Origin: Candidatus Gastranaerophilales bacterium | Lineage (GTDB): Bacteria > Cyanobacteriota > Vampirovibrionia > Gastranaerophilales > Gastranaerophilaceae | DNA length: 64,000 nucleotides | Assembly (NCBI GenBank): GCA_944323195.1 | Contig: CALURR010000122.1 | Coordinates: 46-64,045 of the forward strand | Direction: 5' to 3' | In this document: piece by piece, positions 18,494 through 28,398 of the stretch | Numbering within the stretch: the first letter of the stretch is position 1 | How the letters are laid out: each line of letters starts with the position of its first letter | Made by a program: the position numbers and the translations under genes | The notes under the pieces: model-generated | Seen by the model: only the letters and a program-made list of their open reading frames with translations | Databases searched by the model: none | Told to the model about the DNA's origin: nothing

Positions 18494-20469
18494 TCAGTCT
18501 CCTCTTTTGGAGGTTCTATTGATTGCTCGGGAGCAGGAACCAAAAGCTCATCATTATTAACCTCAACCTTTGGTTTTAGCTCCTGTTTAATTTTTGGCAT
18601 AATATTCGGTCTATAGTCTGAATTTGAATTTTGTTCATCTTTTGCCGTTTTTTCATCATACTGAACATATTGTGTTGTTTCATTTACAGGCTGTTGTTGA
18701 GGTACGTCTTTTGTGTAAACAATAATTCTATATGTAGGTAAATTTTCCGAAGTTTCTTCAGGGTTTACATCTTTCCCATGGAAAGACAAAATTGTTTCCC
18801 CGTCAGCCGAAACACTAAACATATTTGGCAGAATTAAAGGAGTAACTATGCCTTTAATCGGAGTAAGGATATAACTTGAAAATCCTTGAGAATATTTAGA
18901 TAAAAGAATATAATTTGCTTTAGTGTTTAGTTTTTCAATATAAATATTGTAATCACTATAAGAATCAATATTAATTACATTAACTCCAGCAAAAACAGAA
19001 CCAACATCCGATGGAGATAAATTCATAGTATTAAAAGTTCTGGAATTAAAGGTTACTTTTGAAATAGACAATTTATCAGAATTATAAATGTATAAATTTT
19101 TATTCACCAAAAATAATTTTGAATATTTAGAAATATTTAACTCTTGCAAAGGAGAAAAACGATTGTTATATATGAAAATGTTATTGCTTTCATCAGGTTC
19201 AGATATAACAAATTCCCCATTTTTTAACTCGACTCCTTGTTTAAATTCTCTCCAAGTATTAGTTTGATAATTATAAACATATGATAATTTCAAATCAGCA
19301 ATGTTCGAAAATATGCTCTTTCTAAGTTGAGCAAAAACATCAGCCAATATTGAATTTTCAACATTTTCTTCAAAATTTTGTTCAGGAATAGAATAAGGAT
19401 AATCATTTCTAAAGTTTTCATCACTATAACTTCTTTTTTTATCCAAATAGCTCATTATAACAGAACATAATGCAGAATTTTTTTTGCTTTTTAAATAATA
19501 ATTATATGCATTTTTGAACTCTTTTTTCATCTCTTGAGTAGTTGTGGCATAAATCTCAGGAGAAAATATGAATTTTTTAAAATCGTTATAAACAATATTA
19601 TATGACCTATCTTGAATATATTGATTTTGAATTGTATTTGCCAAAACCTCAAAATCCGCAATTTTATCTGCCAATTTTTTAGGCTTAACACTTAACACCA
19701 ACCCAACAGAAGTTGGCTTATTGTACTTCGCTCTAATTTTTAAATATTCCCTAAAAGAATAAGAAAGATATTTTGAATATTTCTTTTGGATTAACTTATT
19801 ATTTGGATATAAATACAAAATATTGTAATTATAATATGCAGCAACACCCACTTTTGCAAATTTAGCGTTTAATTCACCAGAACACTTCTTTGCTTTTGCA
19901 GGGGTTAAAACACCGCCACATCCGGTTACATCTTCTTTTAACATGCTTTCATTTGTTAAATGAGGAAGTTTATCCATCTCTGTCATATAAGACGCAAAAA
20001 CTTGTTCTTTTTTTTCAATAGGGTCGTTTGAATATTTCAAATACAATTTTAAAAATAATTCTACCTCAGATAAATTATTTAATAAATCGTCGTAATTATT
20101 AGGCTCTTTTAATTCCGGTATTTGAGAAGGGTTATTTATATAATTTTTAAATTTCAGTGCCATTTTTTGTTCATTATAACGGCTCAAAGAAAAATAAACG
20201 CAGCTGACAACAACGACACAAGCAATTAAAAGAAAAATTGCAAAATTAACAACCATATCATTATCTTTGCTTTTTACGTCAGAATTAAAAAATTCAAACT
20301 TACTTGATGATTTTTCTTCTTTTTTATCTTTTTTCTTTTCTTCAAAAAAAGCTAATGAATCATCTTGTTTGTTTATTGATTCATTTTTCTCTATTTTAGC
20401 ACCGCAACGGGAGCAAAATATATCAAATTCACCATATTCATATCCACAATTTTGACATTTATTTTTCAT
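18490..20469 (-). CDS. zinc-ribbon-anchored single-pass membrane protein with a large extracytoplasmic domain
   Basis: N-terminal CQNCG...CSRCG zinc ribbon, Lys/Glu linker, one TM helix (FAIFLLIACVVVVSCVYF), an uncharacterised domain of about 480 aa, and a Pro/Glu/Gln-rich tail. Confidence 0.65.
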   Translation of the reverse strand: MKNKCQNCGYEYGEFDIFCSRCGAKIEKNESINKQDDSLAFFEEKKKDKKEEKSSSKFEFFNSDVKSKDNDMVVNFAIFLLIACVVVVSCVYFSLSRYNEQKMALKFKNYINNPSQIPELKEPNNYDDLLNNLSEVELFLKLYLKYSNDPIEKKEQVFASYMTEMDKLPHLTNESMLKEDVTGCGGVLTPAKAKKCSGELNAKFAKVGVAAYYNYNILYLYPNNKLIQKKYSKYLSYSFREYLKIRAKYNKPTSVGLVLSVKPKKLADKIADFEVLANTIQNQYIQDRSYNIVYNDFKKFIFSPEIYATTTQEMKKEFKNAYNYYLKSKKNSALCSVIMSYLDKKRSYSDENFRNDYPYSIPEQNFEENVENSILADVFAQLRKSIFSNIADLKLSYVYNYQTNTWREFKQGVELKNGEFVISEPDESNNIFIYNNRFSPLQELNISKYSKLFLVNKNLYIYNSDKLSISKVTFNSRTFNTMNLSPSDVGSVFAGVNVINIDSYSDYNIYIEKLNTKANYILLSKYSQGFSSYILTPIKGIVTPLILPNMFSVSADGETILSFHGKDVNPEETSENLPTYRIIVYTKDVPQQQPVNETTQYVQYDEKTAKDEQNSNSDYRPNIMPKIKQELKPKVEVNNDELLVPAPEQSIEPPKEETD

Positions 20470-20561
20470 AAATAACCTGCCTTAAAAATTTATTTTATTT
20501 TTGATTTATTTATAACATAAACAAAAATAATATCCTACAACAGGCAATTTTAATACAAAAT

Positions 20562-20580
20562 AAGCCGATTAAATCGGCTT
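20562..20580 (-). terminator. hairpin terminator downstream of 20591-21001
   Basis: aagccga ttaaa tcggctt, followed on the minus strand by T-rich sequence. Confidence 0.55.
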
Positions 20581-20590
20581 TAATATATTT

Positions 20591-21001
20591 TTAATTCATA
20601 ATGACCAAATTACTAACAACAGGATGCTTAATATCCCTTACTGCTCTATGACAGGTATTTACTATTGAATCATATGTTACAGGCTCTAATTTGGAAGTTT
20701 TATTCAAGGTAATGTTTCTATAATCACCCTCAAGCGCATTATACTCATTTTCTTCATAAGTTCTTATTCGCGCTGAAAAAGGATGGGAAACACCGGATTG
20801 CATTGTAACAATCATTGGATTAGTTCTATTATTATTAACAAATTTAATATTATAAAAATAATATCCATCAACTTCAGAAATACTATCTTTATCAAGTGCA
20901 ACAGCTCTGCCGTTTGGGCTAACTAAATTAACCCAATCAATTGCGAAAGCATTTACATTAATTAAATACAAGACCATAAATAAACACAAAAATCTTTTCA
21001 C
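20591..21001 (-). CDS. secreted hypothetical protein (136 aa)
   Basis: GTG start with GGAGG 7 nt upstream and a signal peptide (KRFLCLFMVLYLINVNAFA). The W-x-x-L...LDKDSI...YYF pattern loosely recalls adhesin-E-like small domains. Confidence 0.6.
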   Translation of the reverse strand: MKRFLCLFMVLYLINVNAFAIDWVNLVSPNGRAVALDKDSISEVDGYYFYNIKFVNNNRTNPMIVTMQSGVSHPFSARIRTYEENEYNALEGDYRNITLNKTSKLEPVTYDSIVNTCHRAVRDIKHPVVSNLVIMN

Positions 21002-21098
21002 TTATTAACCTCCAATATGTACAATATAGCTAACGTCAAAATTGCAAAAAACTTTAAAAAAAGATATAATCTATATGAACTAATATTAAGGAGTTTTT

Positions 21099-22082
21099 TT
21101 GTACAGCTACATCTTAACAGCAATAGTATTTTTTTTGTTTGGCTTTTTATGCCACTTGTTCTATGCAAAATTTAAAAAAGATGGTTCAGCGTTGTATGTG
21201 CTTTTAAACGACTTTAAAAAATCAATCGATGAATACAAAATACAAAATGAAATAAATACAAAAGAAGTAAAAGATGCAATAAAAACATCATCAGAATTAG
21301 TAAAAATTTTAACAACTAACCAAAACCTAAAAGGACAATTTGGCGAAAATTGTCTTGAAAACGTGTTAAATGCAATATTTCCACAAATTAACATAGACTA
21401 CATTAAACAATACGAAACACAAAACTCTGAAAATAAAACAATAAGACCGGATTATCTTATAAAATTACCAAATAATAAATCTCTTTTAATAGATTGCAAA
21501 TTAAATCTGGAAAAATACATTGAATATAAAGAAAGCAATGATAACATTAAAATTCAAAAGAAAAACGAATTTGCTAAAGACTTAAACGCAACAATAAATA
21601 ATCTTGCAAACAAAAAATATGAAAGCGCAATCAATCTCAATCAACCGGATTTTATTTTAATGTATATCCCATTAGAACCTGTTTTAACTTTAATTTATAC
21701 AGACAAGGATTTTCTAAGTGTAATTAAAAATGCAGCAGAAAAAAATATAATTATTGTCGGTAATTCCTCAATTTTAACAACAGTAAAACTGACAAAAATG
21801 CTTTGGGCACAAGATACTCAAGAAAAAAATATCGAAAACATAATCAATATATCTCAAAATATTTACGATTTAATTGCGCAACACTCACAAAATTTATACA
21901 AAATTAAAGAACAAATGCAACACAATATAGACATATTTAACAAAGAATATGAAAAAATAACACAAGAAAACAAAATTTTTAAATTAGCAAATCAATTAAA
22001 AGAATATGGAATTAAACCCTTAAATAAAAAAACAGGGAAAAAACTAAATGAAATTAATATACATAGCGATTTTTTAAATTAA
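21099..22082 (+). CDS. rmuC: DNA recombination protein RmuC
   Basis: N-terminal TM helix, coiled coil, then KGQFGENCLENVL...IRPDYLIKLPNNKSLLIDCKL, typical of RmuC. TTG start with AAGGAG upstream. Confidence 0.85.
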   Translation: MYSYILTAIVFFLFGFLCHLFYAKFKKDGSALYVLLNDFKKSIDEYKIQNEINTKEVKDAIKTSSELVKILTTNQNLKGQFGENCLENVLNAIFPQINIDYIKQYETQNSENKTIRPDYLIKLPNNKSLLIDCKLNLEKYIEYKESNDNIKIQKKNEFAKDLNATINNLANKKYESAINLNQPDFILMYIPLEPVLTLIYTDKDFLSVIKNAAEKNIIIVGNSSILTTVKLTKMLWAQDTQEKNIENIINISQNIYDLIAQHSQNLYKIKEQMQHNIDIFNKEYEKITQENKIFKLANQLKEYGIKPLNKKTGKKLNEINIHSDFLN

Positions 22083-22113
22083 CTTATGTAAATTTTTCAT
22101 TATTATATGATGA

Positions 22114-22133
22114 AATCCTCCATTTGGAGGATT
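22114..22133 (+). terminator. hairpin downstream of rmuC
   Basis: AATCCTCC attt GGAGGATT: an 8-bp stem followed by AT-rich sequence with no clean T-run. Confidence 0.4.
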
Positions 22134-22348
22134 ATTATAATTATAATGGAAATCATAAAATTACTAAAAGATTACCCCAAAACTAAACGACAAAAAGCAT
22201 TAAGCACATACCTAACTCAAGAGCTTGATACTCAAATTTGTCGTGAAAAAATTAAAAATAAAAAATTCATGATTCAATATCTCAAACCGCTGAATGACTT
22301 TATAATCCACACCACAGCACTTCCTTGCTGCAATGTTAGAAGAATGTT

Positions 22349-22834
22349 TTAAGTATTATATCCTTCATCAATTTCAAGATTAGATGAATTCCTTGCGCTC
22401 ACAGCTAATTTATCGCACAATTCGTTATATTTATTTGAAGCATGACCTTTGACCCAAAAGAAAGTTATTTTATGTCTTTTTTGAGCAGCAAGGTACTTTT
22501 TCCATAAATCAATATTTTTAACAGGATTTTTAGAATATATTTTCCAATTTTTTTCTTGCCATGAATCAAGCCATTTTTGATTTATTGCGTCAACAACATA
22601 TTTTGAATCAGAATAAAGAGAAATTCTGCAAGGCATCTTTAGCAAATTAAGAGCATCAACAACAGCCAATAATTCCATTCTATTGTTGGTAGTACAAGCA
22701 AAACCCTTTGAAAACTCTTTTTGATGCACCATGCCATTTTTATCTTTATAAAGCATAACAATTCCATACCCTCCAGGGCCTGGATTAGAAGCGCATGCGC
22801 CATCAGTATAAATTTCAATTGTCGGCATATTCAT
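22349..22834 (-). CDS. rnhA: ribonuclease HI
   Basis: IEIYTDGACASNPGPGGYG, TNNRMEL, SDSKYV and WVKGHAS...NELCDKLA motifs. The ATG at 22834 (or 22828) is preferred to the 22873 extension. Confidence 0.9.
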   Translation of the reverse strand: MNMPTIEIYTDGACASNPGPGGYGIVMLYKDKNGMVHQKEFSKGFACTTNNRMELLAVVDALNLLKMPCRISLYSDSKYVVDAINQKWLDSWQEKNWKIYSKNPVKNIDLWKKYLAAQKRHKITFFWVKGHASNKYNELCDKLAVSARNSSNLEIDEGYNT

Positions 22835-22944
22835 AAAAAAATAATACCATAAAACAACATTTCTTAATAACATATATACAGATAACTATATTTGTGCTTG
22901 AATGGTAAATGCGATTAATACTCATAGACTGGAGATAACAACAT

Positions 22945-23982
22945 ATGATTATTGTAATGGAACACAACGCAACAATAGATCAACTAAATAGAGTTATCAA
23001 ATACGTTGAAGACAGAGGCTTAAAAACCCAAGTAAACAACGGCGAACTTTTAAATGTTGTTGCTGTATTAGGAGATAAAAAAGATTTAAACGCCGAAAAC
23101 ATAGCAGCACTTGATGGTGTTAGAGAAGTTAAAAAAATTCAAGAACCCTATACATTGGTTTCACGCGTTGCACATCCTGAAGACACAGTTATCAAATTTC
23201 CAAATGGAACAAAAATAGGTGGTTTGGAAAGACCTGTTTTAATGGTTGGACCTTGTTCCGTTGAAAAAGATTTCGAAGGATTACTACAAGTTGCAATGGC
23301 AGCAAAAGAAATGGGTTGCCAATTTTTAAGAGGCGGTGCATTTAAACCAAGAACAAGCCCATATGATTTTCAAGGTCTGGAAGAAAAAGGATTGCAATAT
23401 CTTGCAAAAGCAAGAGAAAAAACAGGACTTTTAGTTGTTACCGAAGTAATGGATACAATGGATATTGCGCTGTTGTGCAAATATGCAGATGTTTTACAAG
23501 TTGGCGCAAGAAATATGCAAAACTTTAAATTATTAAAAGCACTAGGCAGAATTAAAAAGCCTGTAATGATTAAAAGAGGACCGGCTGCAACAATTAAGGA
23601 ATTTTTATTAGCTGCGGAATATGTTGTTTCAAACGGTAATCCAAATGTAATTCTTTGCGAAAGAGGTGTAAAAGGATTTGATACACAATTTTCAAGAAAC
23701 GTGCTAGATATAGCAGCTGTTCCAATCATAAGAAAATATTCACATTTACCAATTATTGTTGACCCGTCCCATGGCACAGGAAAAAGATACTTAATCGAAC
23801 CAATGGGCAAGGCTGCATTAGTTGCAGGTGCACACGGTCTAATGTTTGAAGTACATCATGATCCTGATAACGCATTATGCGACGGTGCTCAAAGCTTAAA
23901 TATAGAACAATTTAAGTCAGTCGCCAAACAACTAAACAAGCTGATTGGCAGAATTGACTATGACAACAAAAACCAAAAATAG
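22945..23982 (+). CDS. aroF: 3-deoxy-7-phosphoheptulonate (DAHP) synthase, type I-beta with an N-terminal ferredoxin-like regulatory domain
   Basis: The N-terminal domain of about 65 aa (MIIVMEHNATIDQLNRVIKYVEDRGL...) and the catalytic core (GPCSVE, GGAFKPRTSPY, KRG, DPSHG) match the Thermotoga-type DAHPS architecture as I recall it. Confidence 0.88.
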   Translation: MIIVMEHNATIDQLNRVIKYVEDRGLKTQVNNGELLNVVAVLGDKKDLNAENIAALDGVREVKKIQEPYTLVSRVAHPEDTVIKFPNGTKIGGLERPVLMVGPCSVEKDFEGLLQVAMAAKEMGCQFLRGGAFKPRTSPYDFQGLEEKGLQYLAKAREKTGLLVVTEVMDTMDIALLCKYADVLQVGARNMQNFKLLKALGRIKKPVMIKRGPAATIKEFLLAAEYVVSNGNPNVILCERGVKGFDTQFSRNVLDIAAVPIIRKYSHLPIIVDPSHGTGKRYLIEPMGKAALVAGAHGLMFEVHHDPDNALCDGAQSLNIEQFKSVAKQLNKLIGRIDYDNKNQK

Positions 23983-24028
23983 TTGCACATAATTACATTT
24001 GTAATATTATAGAATTTAGGAAAAATAA

Positions 24029-24904
24029 ATGGCTTTAACTTTTCAAGAACTAATATTAAATTTATCAAAATACTGGTCTGATAACAATTGTGTTATTCAA
24101 CAACCTTATGACATTGAAAAAGGTGCCAGCACAATGAATCCTGCCACTTTTTTAAGAGCATTAGGCCCAGAACCATTTAATTGTGCTATGGTAGAACCTT
24201 GCAGACGTCCAACAGACGCCAGATACGGTGAAAATCCAAATAGATTGGGGCACTATTTTCAATATCAAGTTATCTTAAAACCATCTCCTGATAACGCACA
24301 AGACCTATATTTAAATTCATTAACCGCGATGGGTATAGATTTAAATAAACATGACGTACGTTTTGTTGAAGACAATTGGGAGTCCCCAACACTGGGTGCA
24401 GCAGGAGTAGGCTGGGAAGTATGGCTTGATGGCATGGAAATAACACAATTTACATACTTTCAACAAGTTGGAGGTCTTGAAGTTAAACCTGTAGTTCTTG
24501 AAATTACATATGGTTTAGAACGAATTGCAATGTATCTTCAAAATGTTGACAGCGTTTTCGACATAAAATGGAATGAAAACCTAAAATATGGCGACATATA
24601 CCTGCAAAATGAAATAGAACAATCAAAATATAATTTTGAATACTCAAATCCTGAAAGATTATTCAAATTATTTGATTTAGCTTCAGACGAAGCAAACAGC
24701 TGTATGGAGGCAGGAATTGTATTACCTGCATATGATTGGGTTCTAAAATGCTCACATACATTTAATCTATTAGATGCAAGAGGGGTAATCTCTAAGGATG
24801 AAAGAGTTAATTATATCAATAGAGTCAGAACCCTTGCTTCTAAAGTTGCAAAACTATATGTAGAACAAAGGGAGAAATTAGGCTTCCCATTAATTAAAAA
24901 ATAG
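24029..24904 (+). CDS. glyQ: glycine--tRNA ligase alpha subunit
   Basis: [24 protein letters not shown]...[15 protein letters not shown]...[14 protein letters not shown] is a near-canonical GlyQ sequence. No glyS gene is adjacent. Confidence 0.96.
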   Translation: MALTFQELILNLSKYWSDNNCVIQQPYDIEKGASTMNPATFLRALGPEPFNCAMVEPCRRPTDARYGENPNRLGHYFQYQVILKPSPDNAQDLYLNSLTAMGIDLNKHDVRFVEDNWESPTLGAAGVGWEVWLDGMEITQFTYFQQVGGLEVKPVVLEITYGLERIAMYLQNVDSVFDIKWNENLKYGDIYLQNEIEQSKYNFEYSNPERLFKLFDLASDEANSCMEAGIVLPAYDWVLKCSHTFNLLDARGVISKDERVNYINRVRTLASKVAKLYVEQREKLGFPLIKK

Positions 24905-24919
24905 AGAGAAGAATAAAGC

Positions 24920-26518
24920 ATGGGCACTAACAACAAAGATTTAACACCAGGCTCAGAAGAAAAGAAAGAGCTTAACATACTAAAAAATATTGCAAAAAAT
25001 CTAATGACCCTAAAGAACCCTGACAGTATGCTTGAACAAGCACAAAAAGGCGGTTTAAAAAAGACACTTGGCGCATTTGATTTAATTATTTTAGGCGTCG
25101 GTGCAATTATTGGAAGTGGAATTTTTACAGTAGTAGGAATTGCTGCTGCAGGTTCGGCAGAATCCGCAGGAGCCGGACCAGGGCTTGTGATTTCTATGAT
25201 ATTAGCATCACTGGCCTGTGTATTTTCAGCTTTGTGCTACAGTGAATTTGCTTCAATGATACCCGTTGCAGGAAGTGCCTATTTGTATACTTACGCTACA
25301 ATGGGTGAATTTATGGCTTGGTTAATCGGCTGGGTATTAATGCTTGAATATTTAGTAGGATACATTGCCGTTGTTAGCGCATGGAGCGGATATTTTATGC
25401 AATTTATAAGGGGTTTTACCTTCTTACCTGACTGGCTTACAAATCCGCCAATTTATCTTATTCATGACTACTCAACAGTGGTTAGAGAATTATCAAGCCA
25501 AGGAATAGATGTAAATTCTGTTGTTCCGCATTTTTTAGGAATACCAATTTGCATTAATGTTCCAGGCATTTTAATTACGCTATATATTATCGCAACCCTA
25601 ATAAAAGGTATGCAAGAATCAACAAAAATGGCCGGAGTAATGGTTGCTATAAAACTTGGAGTAGTTGGTTTATTTATTTTGACAGGCATGTTTTATATTA
25701 AACCTGAAAACTGGACACCATTTGCACCAAACGGATTAAACGGTATATTTGTGGGTGCATTTATAATATTCTTTGCATACATTGGCTTTGACGCAATTGC
25801 AACTGCAGCAGAAGAAACAAAAAATCCTCAAAAAAACCTTCCAATAGGAATTATTGGCTCTCTTGGTGTATGCACAATTATATATGTTCTCGTAGCATTA
25901 GTTTTAACAGGTGTTGTGCCAATCTCTCAAATCGATACCCATGCCCCTATCGCTTCAGCTATGGCAATGGTAGGACAAAACTGGGTTGCAGGATTAATTT
26001 CAATTGGTGCACTAACTGGTCTAACTTCAGTTCTTTTAGTCTTAATGCTTGCAGGAACAAGAATTTTATATGCAATGAGCAGAGACAGATTTTTACCACC
26101 TGTTTTACAAAAACTTCACCCAAAATATAAAACACCTCATATTTTAACCCTGATTGTTGGTATGATATGCATAATCGGTTCACTTTTACTAAATATTTCA
26201 ACTGCTGCAGAATTATGTAATTTTGGAACATTTGCATCATTCATAATTGTATGTGTTGCAGTCTTAATATTAAGAAAAACAGACCCCAATAGACCAAGAC
26301 CATTTAAAGTACCTTTTTCGCCATTTCTGCCATTGATGGGAATTATATGTTGCTCAGGTCTAATGATTTATTCAATGCAATTTTTAAAAACCTCAAGAAT
26401 ATTATTCCCAATATGGGTTATTTTAGGAATTCTATATTATTTTACATATAGCTACAAACAACAAAGACTAGCTCAAGAAGAAACAACAAACGAAGGAAAC
26501 ACTATAGACAATGCTTAA
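24920..26518 (+). CDS. APC-superfamily amino acid permease (cationic amino acid transporter-like)
   Basis: About 14 hydrophobic segments. GAIIGSGIF and FFAYIGFDAIATAAEETKNPQKNLP motifs are typical of CAT/APC permeases. Confidence 0.88.
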   Translation: MGTNNKDLTPGSEEKKELNILKNIAKNLMTLKNPDSMLEQAQKGGLKKTLGAFDLIILGVGAIIGSGIFTVVGIAAAGSAESAGAGPGLVISMILASLACVFSALCYSEFASMIPVAGSAYLYTYATMGEFMAWLIGWVLMLEYLVGYIAVVSAWSGYFMQFIRGFTFLPDWLTNPPIYLIHDYSTVVRELSSQGIDVNSVVPHFLGIPICINVPGILITLYIIATLIKGMQESTKMAGVMVAIKLGVVGLFILTGMFYIKPENWTPFAPNGLNGIFVGAFIIFFAYIGFDAIATAAEETKNPQKNLPIGIIGSLGVCTIIYVLVALVLTGVVPISQIDTHAPIASAMAMVGQNWVAGLISIGALTGLTSVLLVLMLAGTRILYAMSRDRFLPPVLQKLHPKYKTPHILTLIVGMICIIGSLLLNISTAAELCNFGTFASFIIVCVAVLILRKTDPNRPRPFKVPFSPFLPLMGIICCSGLMIYSMQFLKTSRILFPIWVILGILYYFTYSYKQQRLAQEETTNEGNTIDNA

Positions 26519-28013
26519 AAAAATTGCCTCAAATTTATCTACAAGAAAAACAGCACAAGAGCTAATAGAAAGAGCAAAAACAGGTTCTCTAAAAAAAACT
26601 CTTAATGCCTTTGATTTATTTATTATAGGAATTGGTGCTGTTGTAGGTACAGGCATTTTAACTATTGTAGGAACTGCAATACAAGGAACACCCGAAAGTG
26701 CGGGTGCAGGTCCTGCAATCATAATTTCTATGGTACTGGCAGCTATAGCTTGTGTTTTTTCAGCTCTTTGCTATAGTGAAGTTGCTTCTATTATACCTGT
26801 ATCAGGTAGTGTATATACATATTGCTACGCAACATTGGGCGAATTTGCCGCTTGGATAATAGGCTGGGTGTTAATGCTCAATTATGTAATTGGAAATGTC
26901 ACTGTAGCAAGCTCTTGGTGCGGATATTTGACTCAATTATTAAAAGGGTTTTCTAATTATTTACCTGACTTTATTGTAAATTTTCCCTTGTGGCTTAGAA
27001 GCGATGTCCGCTCAATTTACAATATGTGTTCAAAATATGGCATTGATGTTCATGATAAAATGCCCTTTTTGTTTGATAAAATACCTGTTGCAATAAATAT
27101 ACCGGTTGTATTGCTTACACTTGTTGTAACTTTAGTATTAATAAAAGGTATTAAAGAATCTACAAGATTTGCAACCGTGATGGTATGTTTAAACCTATTT
27201 ATGATTTTATCATTTGTTGTTGTGGGAGCATTTTATGTAAAACCTGAAAATTGGATACCTTTTGCACCAAATGGTGTTACAGGAATTCTCATGGGGGCTT
27301 TTATAATATTTTTTGCATACATTGGATTTGATGCAGTATCAACAGCGGCAGAAGAAACAAAAAATCCGCAAAAAGACTTGCCAATAGCAATTCTTGGTAC
27401 TTTACTATTCTGTACGGTGTTATATATTTTAGTGGCATTAGTATTGACAGGCATTGCGCCAATCAATCAAATCAACCCCTCAGCACCTATTGCAGCAGCC
27501 CTACACATAATAAACAAAGACTACTTAGCCGGCTTTATCTCTGTTGCAGCAGTATGTGCTCTGGCAAGTGTGTTCTTAATTTGTCAATTAGCTTCAACAA
27601 GAATACTATATGCAATGAGCAGAGATAGATTTTTGCCCAGAGTATTGAGAGTTATTCATAAAAAACACAGAACTCCACATGTTCTTACTTGGAGTGTTGG
27701 CCTTGTTATAATTGTTTGTAGTTTATTTATGGATTTAAATATATCAGCTGAATTATGTAACTATGGCACATTTACAGCATTCATAGCAATATGTATAGCA
27801 GTAATCATCTTAAGAAAAACCGAACCAAACTTAAAAAGACCATTTAAGGTACCATTTGTACCTTTGTTTCCGATATTGGGAATAATTTCTTGCACAGGAT
27901 TAATGATATACTCCTTAAAACAACTAACATCAAGTGCAATCATGTTTCCGATATGGATACTAATAGGTATAATCATATATATAAAATTCAGCTATAAAAA
28001 TTTAAGAAAATAA
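26511..28013 (+). CDS. APC-superfamily amino acid permease, tandem paralog of 24920-26518
   Basis: Collinear with the upstream permease and roughly 60-65% identical by eye over the N-terminal 120 aa. The same FFAYIGFDAVSTAAEETKNPQKDLP motif is present. 8-nt overlap with the upstream gene. Confidence 0.88.
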   Translation: MLKKIASNLSTRKTAQELIERAKTGSLKKTLNAFDLFIIGIGAVVGTGILTIVGTAIQGTPESAGAGPAIIISMVLAAIACVFSALCYSEVASIIPVSGSVYTYCYATLGEFAAWIIGWVLMLNYVIGNVTVASSWCGYLTQLLKGFSNYLPDFIVNFPLWLRSDVRSIYNMCSKYGIDVHDKMPFLFDKIPVAINIPVVLLTLVVTLVLIKGIKESTRFATVMVCLNLFMILSFVVVGAFYVKPENWIPFAPNGVTGILMGAFIIFFAYIGFDAVSTAAEETKNPQKDLPIAILGTLLFCTVLYILVALVLTGIAPINQINPSAPIAAALHIINKDYLAGFISVAAVCALASVFLICQLASTRILYAMSRDRFLPRVLRVIHKKHRTPHVLTWSVGLVIIVCSLFMDLNISAELCNYGTFTAFIAICIAVIILRKTEPNLKRPFKVPFVPLFPILGIISCTGLMIYSLKQLTSSAIMFPIWILIGIIIYIKFSYKNLRK

Positions 28014-28014
28014 T

Positions 28015-28395
28015 TTAATCATCTTGTCTAACTTCAAAAGTTGATCTTGTATTTCTAGATAAAGGCTCATAAGTATTTAAAACTTTTTTAACTTTTTTAG
28101 TCTTGCGCAACTCTTTTTCAAGCATTTGGCGCTTTTCAACAACTAGTGCGATATTTTCTTTTTCAAGTTCAATTAATTTTAATCTTTTTTTATTTAACTC
28201 ATCATTAGACTTTATTTTATCCAATCTTGGCTTTTCAAAAAAAATGATTTGACGCATAAGAGCTTCTTTATCTTTGATTGCAACATCTAAATCATCCCAA
28301 AGCCCTTTATTAATAATTTCTTTGATATACAAATTTTTTTTTAAAAACTCATCATACAACAATTTAAGGTGATTATAATCATGAATACTTAACAT
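28015..28395 (-). CDS. fliT: FliT-like flagellar export chaperone (Bacillus type), tentative
   Basis: Lies immediately downstream of fliS. A helical protein of about 125 aa whose C-terminal KKVKKVLNTYEPL...TFEVRQDD recalls the Bacillus FliT tail. Assigned from position and pattern only. Confidence 0.4.
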   Translation of the reverse strand: MLSIHDYNHLKLLYDEFLKKNLYIKEIINKGLWDDLDVAIKDKEALMRQIIFFEKPRLDKIKSNDELNKKRLKLIELEKENIALVVEKRQMLEKELRKTKKVKKVLNTYEPLSRNTRSTFEVRQDD

Positions 28396-28398
28396 AAA

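Noticed and set aside
20440-20452. Near-consensus DnaA box (aTATCCACA) and the possibility of a replication origin.
   Set aside because: It is a single one-mismatch box inside a coding region. There is no cluster of boxes, no adjacent dnaA/dnaN and no AT-rich unwinding element context.
22107-22352. 81-aa ORF between rmuC and rnhA (or 68 aa from the ATG at 22146).
   Set aside because: The first codons coincide with the rmuC terminator hairpin. There is no convincing SD, the composition is odd (IIIIIM), and no domain is recognisable. It also overlaps the rnhA stop. It may be a real small gene but is not supportable from sequence alone.
23370-23810. 146-aa antisense ORF inside the DAHP synthase gene. 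It stands for all the nested or antisense ORF-track entries inside strong genes: 492-698, 1244-1435, 1521-1850, 2841-3035, 3435-3671, 4502-4738, 5497-5754, 5892-6143, 9243-9440, 10038-10235, 15190-15387, 17238-17510, 20267-20455, 21161-21394, 25468-25689, 25870-26130, 25959-26240, 26468-26722, 27233-27466, 27761-27976, 30337-30540, 33413-33757, 33982-34275, 34343-34567, 37155-37370, 38184-38504, 40823-41047, 46169-46396, 46736-46921, 48797-49051, 51180-51515, 54347-54553, 54661-54895, 55526-55732, 55861-56139, 57309-57530, 58115-58384, 58677-58952, 59149-59334, 61307-61513, 61835-62086, 62426-62761, 62993-63208, 63183-63434, 63438-63620.
   Set aside because: Each lies wholly within, or mostly overlaps, a gene with clear family motifs on another frame or strand. 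Their translations are low-complexity or hydrophobic, as expected for AT-rich antisense frames, and none has an SD. They are treated as shadow ORFs.
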